A stretch of 62,105 bases of DNA, filler included. It is 3 parts of 3 records of this genome, joined end to end, with 100 filler letters (N's around TTAATTAATTAA, not from the genome) between each part and the next. Parts side by side here need not be neighbours in the genome. Positions count along the whole stretch, not along the records: positions 1 to 30,149 come from DRR378314_612; 2 more parts are not named here. One strand, given 5' to 3'. Both the position numbers and the translations under genes were made by a program. Of this stretch, positions 1 through 11,031 are shown piece by piece; position 1 is the stretch's first letter, and each line of letters opens with the position of its first letter. The notes below the pieces were generated by a model, which worked only from the letters and a program-made list of their open reading frames with translations, made no database searches and was not told the origin of the DNA.

Positions 1-450
1 CTGCGAACACCGATATTGCTGACGCGCTCTGGTCCTCTTTTGCAGAGCACGTCCATAGCACTCGGAAAGAATGACTGCGACAACAACAACGAAAGAAAAA
101 GTAGCTGTAGCGCTGCCCGCAATGCTTGCTGATACTTAGAGCGGGATTTTGATCAATGTTCCTTCATGCAGATCTCTGTCAACGACGCATCGCGCGCCTG
201 CATTGAGGCAGCTCTGCGCGGGAAATGGCACGGAGCTGTCCTCCCGTGCGCCGTTGCTGGCGTTTCCGTTCTCCTGTCGCTCGCCACGAGTCGCGGAGCG
301 CACGGACCGTTCCTGCTCTGTGCGCGTCTCTACGTTGCGCATGGCATTGCGAAGCTACAGCTTGAGAACGATCCTACACACGAGACGATGTACATTCATT
401 GCGTCGACGCTAGTGTGGGCTGCGCCTAATTGCGCTTCATTGCTACGCCG

Positions 451-3400
451 TTACGCTACGCGCCCGGTCGCGAGGGCAAGCGTTGCAGCTGCGGCTCCGG
501 CTGCGAACGACTGCACGAGCCCAAAGGTCACCGGAGTGCCAAGCACCTGGAACCCGATCCGCGGGTCCAATCGGAGGTCTGCACCGTGCATTGCACCATT
601 AGAAGCGAACCGAATTATTTCATTGGTTTCGCGCTGTGCAGACTCGAGGCGCATCAGTGCGAGCGCTCCGTACGGCTTCTCCAAGCCCGATATTGGGGGG
701 TAGGGGTCGCAAATACAATCCAGCTCACAACCACGAACCACAGGCTTGCTCGACCGATGAGCACCGCGCGCATCGCGCAACGTACGTATCAGGACAGAGT
801 CCAGCAGCACTCTGCTATCTTGATCCATTGGCTCCGAAGCACACTTGTCAATAACTGCACAGGGAATGAACTGCCCGCGTTGTAAGCGACGCGCAAGGGA
901 GCACAGGGTCAGGCAACTGGCCGTGAAAAGGAACCAAAGCGCGCGAGGAGGATCGATGCAGTCTACTGTCGACGGAGGGGTTGCAGAGCTCGCTCTGCAC
1001 TCTGGGACGCGCTCTCGCTTTTCAGATCCCCGTGAACGCACTGAGACCGAAACCCCATCCAAGATACCAGCAAATGAGATTGTTCACGTCATAGCTTACC
1101 TCGAAAGACCGCGTGGAATTTGCGGCGGCCAATAAGCTCGAACCGAGGTTGGACAGAAGAAAGAAGACGAGGAGAACCTGCGGCGCGGAAAAACGCCGAA
1201 GCCAACGCAACATGTTCCGGTGCTTTCCTCAGGATACATTTGCAGTTCCACTGCAGCAGATCCTATCTACAGTCCCATACCACGCCCGTTACAGCAAATG
1301 ATAGAGATGCGCATTCGTACGGGAAGGTACAGCAGTTTTTTTTGGCAAAGTGTGTCTAAGATTAGATGCAGCTGGAACTTCTCACTGCAAGGCAGCGGAA
1401 CGTACCGTTCCCGCCAAAAGCATGTTGAAAGCAGCGGCATCATTGCCTGATAACCCAGTTGCCTTGCCACTGTCGGGCGATGTTACGACGATTAGACTGT
1501 ACCACAGGGACGACAATGAGATCACAACTGCAAATGCAAAGAGTGATAGGTAGCTGCAATGCAGTGTGCGCAGAATCCACGGCAACACGGAGGAGGAAAA
1601 GCCTCAGTTCGCGATTGCAGGAGCAGCTGCAGAGGAAACGGGACTTCATGCGCAGAATTTTCCTGAATAGTCGCACAACGTACCCTTGGATTTTCGACGC
1701 AATTCGCGACATCGTGTGGATAATTTTCATATGCAGTTTCAGCATATCTTGGATGGGAACAGAACCTTGAACGTGCAGCATCAAACACAAAAATGTACGG
1801 ATCTGCGTCAAAGTTCGCTACCTTTCCGACAAGCACATAAACCTGAAATTGCAGAGAGATGCTCTTCCAACGCACACTTGCGCGGTATAGCATAGAAAGT
1901 CGAACCGATCAACTATGTACGAGAGTGCATGGCTGCTCAATAACAGTCATCGTAACAGTTCTGCAAGTGCAGATTGTCCAGTTCTGTGCGAAAACGTACC
2001 GCAGCGAATATCGTGCGCAAGCACCTTCGCCCGGAAGGAAACAAAGGAAATCGCGTATACACACACGAGTGATGCTGTGGAGATGAATACGTTCTGTAAC
2101 GATTAGTATCATATAATGCAAATACAGTTAAATTTTTGTAAAGTAAAGTAAGTCGCCGCAAACTGTGCACGACGGTGGAGTTGTGAAAAAAGAATGCTCC
2201 TTTTTGCCACATGCGCTGAAACTCGACAAAGGAACCGTTTGTCGCAGTTCCCGCTGCAGCACTATTTCCGACTGCAAAATTCCAATACGAGCTCGGAATT
2301 TCCTCCTCTTATTTCTCTTTCGTTCTGAGTAACAACCATGTAGCGTAATGAAAATACCTCACGGCAGAGGAGATGAACGAGACCGCACCTTCCATGTCGC
2401 GGCGAGAATGGTAATGGAAGTCGCAAATACCCGTGTTGACACAGAGTCTGCATGGCACAGAATCTCCTGCATCACAATTACGCTTCCCTGTCATGGACAG
2501 AGAAAAACCCGAAGAACGGGGCATATGAAGACCTGAGGAAGTAAAACGCTAACACGTGTAAGAAGTGACGCGCTACTGGACATCATGAAGCAAGAACAAA
2601 AGGCTTCCCAAGATCTGAGGAAGACGTGCTTCTTTTCCTGGCAGAACGCGCAGCGCGGAAAGCTCGGAGCGCCACGACGCGTGCGGGTTAGAAACAGAGC
2701 GACAGCGAAGTGCACACCGTCCACTCCACGGTATACGCCCAAATAGAGAACACCATAAACTCGAGGTGCTTGTATTGAGCGTGTTGCTCCGCTCGTCTTT
2801 CGGTTCGCTGCGCAAAATCGCAGCCCCGAGATCAGCCGGGGGCATACCATTGCGAAAACCGCAAACGCAGCCAAAATTGAGTGTACTGCTAATCGAGCCC
2901 GCCGTCTGCAAAAATATGCCGAAGGAACACCAAACGTACGTGCGCATGCATATTTGCATGTACCATCAATTCGATCATGACAATACACATAAAGAAGAAG
3001 TCACCAAGTGCATCGAAGCTGATACCTTTCCGCTGCATGGCAAAGCGCCTGCGGACATACATGTAACGTGCAAAGTTTGCGGCGTCCACGTGTGTCATAT
3101 GAACGTGAAATCGGTGCACCCGAAGCCTACGCATCCAACACGAGCACGGGCAAACCGAAATATTAGATACGTGTTCAGTAAGAAATCTTACGCGGTTTTT
3201 TTCTGCGGTTTCATCTGCCTTCCGCGTGCAATGAGACTAGACGCCACCAGCGGGGAATACGGCGACGAGCGAGCAAACGAAAATTCTCAAGTCCTTCCGT
3301 GCGTTGTCGGTGCTCGTTCGAGCGCACGAACGCAGGCCATCGCGAAGAAAGACGTCGCGTAGCGGTCCAACGTACAGCCATATGCAAAACGCGAACGATA

Positions 3401-4181
3401 CGTAATATGATACTTCGAAGGTTGCGAGAGGAAGATCCGAGAACTGCACGCTTGGTTGCTTGCAAGCATAGGAACTTGCAAACGCGAGGCGCGTCTTCCC
3501 AGCGATCAGGACGGCAAAGTCAACTGGCACTGCGCACCAGATGAAGTACGACCATATCTGTACCGACCGCGCGCACAGAACCAAAAATAATAATAGGAGT
3601 TGCCGCCAGATGTATCGTGTGTATGTCAAATCAAGGTTGGACGCAAAGTGCATACAGGGCAGCCCTTTGGCCAAGCGTGGCGCAGAAGAACACCAGCAAG
3701 CGACACGGCGACCGAGCGCACCTTGTATACCAGCTGCGCCCTCGCAGACCGCCGTCGCACGTACGGGCGGCTAAAAGGCAGGAGCGTAAGCAGTAGAAAC
3801 AACGGATACAACGGTTCTGCGGCCAAGTCGCGGCATATTTTGACATTACATGGGTGAACAGGGATTCATACTTTTATCAGTTCCCGGTTGAGCACAGTTG
3901 CGACGACCCTTTCAGAGCACAGCGGTCGGGCTTTCAAGCAGATTCGGAACGGCCGCCAGAGGATATCTGCTTCACGATACTAGTCAGTTTATGCCTCGAT
4001 GCGCGCGCACACACATACCGAATATATCTACAGCACGAGGATCATCCTCCGTTTCATCAGTCTCGCTGTCGCGATGCGCCGTATCCTGATCAGAGAGGTT
4101 CGCGCCCGCGCTTCCGACATGTTCGCTCTCGTCGGCACGGGGCAAGAGCGGAATACCGAGCACTTGACCTGGGCGCTGCAT
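451..4181 (-). CDS. Multi-exon 7-TM protein, gustatory receptor-like / DUF3537-like (7TMIC superfamily)
   Basis: Phase-consistent GT-AG exons read manually: exon ending at 2337, 2000-2024, 1843-1912, 1684-1765, 1406-1553, 1100-1177, 451-870. Joined they give ...YFHYATW-CLRTIFAA-LIGSTFYAIPRKCALEEHLSAISG-SVPIQDMLKLHMKIIHTMSRIASKIQG-YLSLFAFAVVISLSSLWYSLIVV...-VLLVFFLLSNLGSSLLAAANSTRSFE-...RIGFQVLGTPVTFGLVQSFAAG. This resembles plant DUF3537 segments as recalled (SWLYRT..F; EHLRIRR.L..ISHR; L.SA.KITH; GITVFGF.LDR). Upstream hydrophobic exons (PLFLLLTLLPF, WRQLLLLFLVL) and the ATG at 4181 (MQRPGQVLGIPLLP) are less certain. Confidence 0.65.
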
Positions 4182-4535
4182 GCCGCCGCCGCACCGCCGC
4201 GGGGTGGGCTCCTAGTTCCTACCAGATCACGACTTTCAGAATCTTGCGACCAGTTGCCGAGCGAGGATTCATCCGTGCCAATGCGCGCGAACAAATAGCA
4301 ACCCTTTGCAGTTGCTCTGGTGGAGAACGTGGACTGTGCAGTGCAGTAGAAGTCACCAGCGCTGGCTCAGGGCAGCGTTGTCGACTCCGCCGGTGAACGA
4401 GAAGAGCGAAGTAGTCGTGATCATGAGAAAATCTTCATACGAATGGAGGAGGGTGTATCAATCGACTTGTTGACAATTGGCGCAACCCTGTCTGCGGCAA
4501 GGAGCAGCGCTCGTCTGCCATCCTCTGTGCGCGCC

Positions 4536-5565
4536 ATGGATTCTGCCTCCGTCGACACCTTGGGCGCCTGGCGCGGTTATCGGGTTGCCATTCGTCTAGG
4601 TACAGTGCGCAGTCCTGTGCTGTAGTACGCGTGTGTGCAAAGGAAGTGCGTGCATTTGTCGGCGAGTGTCTTCGTGCCGCACTAATGATACTCGTGCGCG
4701 TCACCGCACTGCTGCAGCTGCTGGAAACGATAGCGTGCGCGGGTATGTATACGCTGTCGACGACGACCGGCGCGTGTCTTTGATCGCGCAAGAAAAGGGT
4801 GCAACACTGGTATTTATGGAGCAGATTGTGGATATTCAAGGTGCGTTTCCACTCTACGCGGACATGAAAGCTGTGTAATGGAGCCGTCTTCCGCGGAAGT
4901 CTCGCCGTCTGCGCGCGCATCTGCGCTTGCTCTGGCGCTGCCGCTCTCGTTGTGCGCTCACCTCTGCATGGCTTGTCGCTCGCCGGTCTTGCAGTGGACA
5001 AAAATGAATACGTCACGATTGAAGAGCTAAGGAAGAGACTAGTACCTGAACGCTCTACTGCCTCTGTCGAAGAAAATCGCGAAAAATTGCTGCGCGCTCT
5101 CCGGGAGGTGCGCCCCACCTGCCGCGCTCCCTTGGGAACTTGCGTAGACTCCGTGGGTTGTGCTGCATCTCCTTCGAGGCAAACTTGCTTGCCGCCGCCC
5201 ATTTCTGACCGCTCGGGCGTCGTCTCCGTCATGCCGCTATGCGAACGTGTACAGGCAAAACTTCCGATTGAAGAATTGTCAAATGGGGATGTTGAAGTGG
5301 CGGGATCCGTCCGCGTCCATTCTCCCTACACAGGTACGAGCGACCCTCGCAGGAGGAGAGCTGGCGGCGCGCGATAGGCCCGCAGTGCCGCTCCAGCGCG
5401 CTGCGAATCGCCACGTGGCCAACGAGAATGGTACCGCGCTCTAACGACCATTATGATGCATGTTTTCGTGCAGTGTGTGATTGCGAGAGCTCTGTCCCTG
5501 CAGCCCTCGCGCGTGTGACGACTGTGATGCGAGGTGGTGCTCTCGGCGAACGAACATGCACATGA
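4536..5565 (+). CDS. GEMIN6: Gemin6-like (Sm-like fold plus C-terminal domain) SMN-complex protein, 5 exons
   Basis: Exons 4536-4599, 4718-4840, 4995-5107, 5255-5333, 5474-5565 join in frame. Segments RGYVYAVDDDRRVSLI, VEENREKLLRALREAKLPIEE and VEVAGSVRVHSPYTVCDCESSVPAALARV parallel Gemin6 (GWVLTTDP; LEERKNSLKKWLEKNHIPITE; LCVAGVLTIDPPYGPENCSSSNEIILSRV). Branch-like CTAAT at 4682. Confidence 0.7.
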
Positions 5566-5984
5566 TTTATGGAGTACACAGCCGCTTGGATAAATTTTCC
5601 ACCCTCAAACGCGAGGCAGATGGCATTTCGACGCGAAAGCTGGAGCCAATTACCCGCCTTCCTCCTTGCGCTGAAGACACATACTACTGGAGATTATGCA
5701 ATACAGATTGGCAGTGCAAGGCAACTAGTCTCGAATCTTTGGTTTCTCGAACATGATCTGCAGCACGTCGCAACCAGTGCACGGCGAGGACGAGGGCGTG
5801 AGAATTCCGAGCTTATCTCAACCTCACGACGCGATACGGAATTGCAAGGCTATGGTACCAAGATATCGCTTACAGAAGTATATCAGCTCATACAAAACAC
5901 GTACGACTTCTTTGCAGCACGCGCGCTGATATTTTGTTTTGGTAAGAAACAAGCATGGCGAATAGCGTATGCTGCACAATATTC

Positions 5985-8900
5985 TCAGCGACCCTTTCTG
6001 CGCACAGCAGCTACCGGCGCCGCACGCAGTACCTCGAAATGAAACGTCCGAACGACATCGTGGTGAATTTTCATCGTGTTCATGTCGAGAATATCGGCAA
6101 TCTGCAGTAAATTGCCCAACAAGAAGCGGGGCAGTGAGAAGAGCGCAGCGAGCCTCCGTCTGCGGAGCGATCCGGTCACGCACAGACACAGGGAGCGGAC
6201 GTGGACAGCAAACGGCGGCGCTGGTCCACGTCTTACTGCACGCACCGAGCGCCGCTCCACATCCAAAGCGACGGAGAATCCGCGCTCGGCTAAGACGTCA
6301 AGCGCCATATTGAGAGCGAGAGGATTGTCGAACACCGTATTTTCCGACCGGATGAGAGCCTGGACACAAAAACCACCAACGCAGAGAGTCACCGACAGAC
6401 GGCAACAACGCCAAAACGTATTCGTAAACTCTGATCCACACCAAGTGCCCTGCTCACGCGCACCGCCGAGGTGTAATACATACAGGGTGTGTATGTTTCG
6501 GCCATAGTGAAGTAGGAATACGACGGCAGCAACGCAAAAATGCAGCGGACGTTGATGTTCCGGCAGCATACCTTGCCTGAGAGCGCCTGGCGCCGAATAA
6601 TGTCATAAAACTCCGTGTGGATAACGCGCACAACCTACACAAGCGCAGAACCGGCACCGCGATCAAGCGGCAAAAAACATAAACAAGTGCTCTCAGAAGA
6701 AACAGCCGAACACCTTGGTCAAGTTGCGCCATTTGCGCTATTCATGTATAAGCTGCTCAAGGAGCCTGTCGCGGCGCGCGCGTAGAGAAAAAAAATCATC
6801 TGCGTACCTCTTCAAACAGATCCGTGTATCGAATCGCATAATTGTCCAGTCGCTTTACCAACGCTTGCCGCGCATGCGCCGTCACGTCGTTTGCAGTTGG
6901 CAGCGTGGATATAAAGGCAAATGTTTCTTCGCCAAGCTCGCTGCACAATGTCACCACATGAGAGCAACGCAAATCCATAAGGGTGGAGCAGCCAGTACTG
7001 CTCTCTAATTTCCCGCGGCTGATTCTGAGCGCCACGCGGTCCTCCAGTTCCTTCGGAAATCTAAAGCACTTGGACATTTGCCAAAGTTGCGCGCAACCAC
7101 CCTATGCACGTAGTTTCCCATTGCAAACGGACGTACCGCGATGACTGATACTGCAGTTCGCGCTGCAGATTCTTCTTCACGTCGTCCACAGTCCCCATCG
7201 CATTGATGAAGTGAAAGTGGAAGTGCTGCTGCACCACCTTGAGTGCGTCATAAATGTGCTCCTTGAACACTCGATAGCGCCGTCTTGAAAAGAGAAAATA
7301 AATAAATAAGCAAATCACACATCGCAGACGCATGAAGGGGAATTAAACGAGAACACAATTTTCAGATCCTCTAGGGATGGAAACGAGGGATCCCCAAGCC
7401 TCGCCCTTGCACCCGATCCGCTGTGATTCGCACGACGAGCAGTGGAAACTGCACCGCCGCCAGGCTCGCCGCGCACCTGGCCGTTTCTTCGTCGGAGTCC
7501 GTGTTGCGAACCTGTTGTTCGGAACCGTGTCCCGCCTCGGACACAAAGCGATTGTGCCTACGAGTTTCTTCACCGCGACTAAGCTGACGGTGGACAGACT
7601 CTTCTTCGTCTGCGCGAGAAAGCAGGAGGACATCGATTCGCCTGTTTCACTGGAAAGCGCCTCTTACAATATGCACCTGTGAAACTTGCCCACAAAGTCT
7701 CTCTGCGCAAGCTTAATGGAACAGCAAGCACGCAACGGTGGTACCATGATGACTTAATCGTTCATTTGCATATGCGTACCAATGAAGAGAACAGCTACGT
7801 GAAAGATCGGACGCCGAAACTTGGGTCCGTATGGAGTCCGCAAATAGTGCTGTCGCAGCCACGTCATCTTGTCGTACAGGAGTTTCATGCATTGTGCCTG
7901 AAAAATAAAACAGGAAAGAAACAAGAGCCAGCAGTGTTAGCCAAGACGAATGCACATAGCCTTTCTGTCCCCTCTGTGAGTAGCCTGAAAATTATGGGCC
8001 TAAACGCTCGAGAGGGCCGGCAAGCCGAAGTACTCTGCATCTGCAGCCGCACCTGCACGGGAGTGCGCGGAAAGCCGTCGACAATCGCGCCGTTCGTATG
8101 GTCCTCGTGCAGCAGCTCTTCGAGCAGGACCTGCAGGACCTCACGATCGCCGACAAGGAGTCCTTGCGCCATACGCTCTTTCAATTCCGGCCTTTGGAGA
8201 AGCGATGACGTCACAATAGGTTCTGCAGCGATTTGTCGCTCTTGCATGATGAAGGGGGATACCTGGAACGTTCGGTCCGGAGAAACGCGAAGCCACGACC
8301 AGGCTGTCGGAACGTATTCCAGAGCAACTGACCGTGTATCGCATAGGGTCTACAAATGCCTTTCCTGATCGAAACTCCGACAGATAAAGGGGAATTTTGC
8401 GTTTGATCTGTGTATTTCCTTGTCGAACCCCCAAAACATGCTCCAGGAAGAAATAAAGTCGGCAGTGAAGAACGTACCGTTCCCTTTCCCGCTCCAGGAG
8501 CACCCGCAAGCCAGATTATCTCCTTCGGGAAGCATAGATTCTCCAATCCGTACTTGGAAACTAAATCCTCCCACGCTCTGCACAGCATACATGGAATCAA
8601 TACATATTATTATAAACACAGCATACCAGTGAAATGCATCCGCAGCGCGAACTCTTTCGCTGCGAGGCAGCGAACCACGCTTCCGCCATCCTCCTCCTGC
8701 TTGCAAGGAGGAGCGGGAGCGTAGGAGCGTGCGAAAACGCGTGCCACATCTCAACCGCGCACCCAGCGAGCACCAGCGACGGAAGTTGCTCGTTCGACTG
8801 CTTACTCACTCGTAAAGGACCTCCTTTGTACTCAAGGTATGATGCACTAGGTCGAGCAGTCAAGCGAAGCTCGGCGGCACCGAGTTGTGCGGGAAACGTG

Positions 8901-9187
8901 CAGCGAAGCCGGCGGCCGCACCTGTTGAAAATGAGCTCCGCATCTTTCACCTCAAGCGAGTGTCGCTCGCTCTCTGCTTCAGAGTCGCCTACCACTGCAG
9001 TCATGTTCTGCTGTGCCATCGTGCACAGCCTAGCACAAACGGCTTTTCGATAGACTCCCGCATACTGGGCGCCAACCCGAGCTCCAGACGAAAATGCGTC
9101 TCGGCTGCGACGGGCTAGCGAGCCGCCCAGCACTGCGCGCCATGCAGCTCCCATGCGCCGAACGGCGAGACTTCCTCCCCGAAGCAT
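5985..9187 (-). CDS. Adenylate kinase (extended type) with probable mitochondrial presequence; multi-exon
   Basis: P-loop exon [21 protein letters not shown]-binding [22 protein letters not shown] motif, later exons RYRVFKEH and [11 protein letters not shown]. The N-terminus is Arg/Ala/Ser-rich and almost acid-free ([20 protein letters not shown]). Stop at 5985-5987. Confidence 0.88.
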
Positions 9188-10293
9188 TTCTGCTCAGAAG
9201 GAGCGCCGGCACCGCACACGCGCCAGCCAACGAGACATCAGACACGCAATACATCTATACCACATCGCATTTACATTGCAGAACGTCACAGAAGGGCAAT
9301 CTTTGTAGAGAGGAAGGATGAAGTGCCAAGGCCAGCACGCCAAACGGGCTGCGCCTTATCCCGCGAGGAATGCCCTGTCTCGCGCCAGTGTCGCAGGCCA
9401 GCATGCTCTCCGCGCTCGGAGAGGACGCGCGCGCAAGGCGATGCAGCAGCGGACGCGATCCACACGACGTTGAACGATTCTCCTGGTGTGTTCCCATGCT
9501 TCTTTCCCACTGACATCACACGCAATCAATACATGTGCGGGGACTGACCGGAAGGGCAATTCGTCCGTCCGTGCGCGTAGCAAGAAGCCAGGACCTGGGT
9601 GCTTCGAGGTCGCTCCGTGAGGTTCACGCAGCGAGGAAAACTGCTCCGCTGGTCTCGCCGCGTTGCAAGCCACCCATGCGCACCACAGAAACTTAGGTTC
9701 CCTAACCCTACCTTTCCCTTGTGTTAGTGTCCTTGGCTTGCACCGAAGCTGAGCACTTCGGCCGCGCGTGGCGGACATGCTTGGTGATACGAGCCGCACG
9801 TTGAGCGAAACAAATTGTGACAAAAAAAAGGCAACCTTTTTTTCTGCCAAAACAATGCACGGCATCAGTCGCGCGATGGCGGCGATCTACGTGCGCGGAT
9901 GCAGGGCCCGCAAACTCGCGCAGCGGCAGCCGGTCGCTCAGCACGAGTAAGTTGCTTCGTAGCCGCGCGCGCACTACCGCAGCAGGGAGTGATGAACCAC
10001 CTTTTCCTTCCAAATATCCACGCCTATCAGATAAACAAAGAGCGAGAAACTCCCGATTGGTGTGAAATCCAGTCGGCGACATTGAGCTACGGTCCAGCGC
10101 GGAGCTGACCTCGCCACGGCTGTACGCCCGCAACCAGGATAGGATGAAACTCCTTGCGTGCGGAAGGAAGACGTACCAAGTACGCGCATCTGTATCTACG
10201 TTGGTATGCGCGCGCCGGCACCATGTGCGGGACGGCTGCGGCGGACGCAGTGTCACGCTCTTCGTTTCGCGACTCTCCCGTGGTGCGCCGCGC

Positions 10294-10841
10294 ATGACGA
10301 CAAGCAGCGCTCCGGAACGCCCTGCTCCACCGCCTCGCTCCACTCCTCTCTTCCGCATCGTCAACTGGGAGCTCTTTGTCAAGAACACCCCTCGGAATCG
10401 CGCGTTTGCTCTGGCTACTTTTGGTGCCGTCCTGGGGTGGTGCGCTTACGACCAGTACAAGTTCACGCAGAGCAGGTGCGTGCGTACCGCGACCGTGGGC
10501 GCTGGACACCCCAGCGCCAGCGAGCAAGGCTTGCGGGCTGGGGATTTTGGCGAATTAGTGCTTTTTTTAAATCGAGGGCGTTGGTCTCGTCGCCTAAATT
10601 CTAAATCAGTTTGGAAATACCTCAAAGATGCTGACCGTGGTTGGTGATGGCGGGCGTGGGAATGGACGCCTTGGCGCCGCAATCCAGGAAAGAAGCAAAG
10701 CAGCCGGACGACAACGTTGCGCCTCGACCCACGCTGACGTCGATAGCACAGCAAACTGCGCAGAACGATCGCTCGTACGCATCAATTGCCGCTTCGCCTT
10801 TCCGCGTACCACATTCTTCATCTGAGGAAGAGGTATGCTAA
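10294..10841 (+). CDS. SMIM8: SMIM8 (DUF4500)-like small integral membrane protein
   Basis: Exon 10294-10475: MTTSSAPERP...TPLFRIVNWELFVKNTPRNRAFALATFGAVLGWCAYDQY, matching the SMIM8 motif TLFRAVNPELFIKPNK..MAFGLVTL. GT donor at 10476, second exon from about 10687. It ends at TAA 10839-10841 if unspliced, or at 11101 if intron 10833-10996 is removed. Confidence 0.75.
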
Positions 10842-11031
10842 TGTTTTGAGCGGGATGGAGACCTCGGGGATACGGGTGGGCCCGCGGTGTTTGTTGCGCA
10901 AGCCTCACGACAGCTTTCGTGCTTCTCGCGTCGCGTGGCTGCGGCGGTGCGCGGCGCAGGACAGCGCGTTTGACGGCGTGGACGTTTCTCTGGCAGCTCG
11001 TGAACGCAAGGCCTAGAGAGACGCATTTACG

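Noticed and set aside
9200-10290. Possible small gene, ncRNA or telomere-like CCCTAACCCTA (about 9700) in the divergent adk/SMIM8 gap
   Set aside because: No consistent exon chain or recognisable RNA motif; the telomere-like match is under two units.
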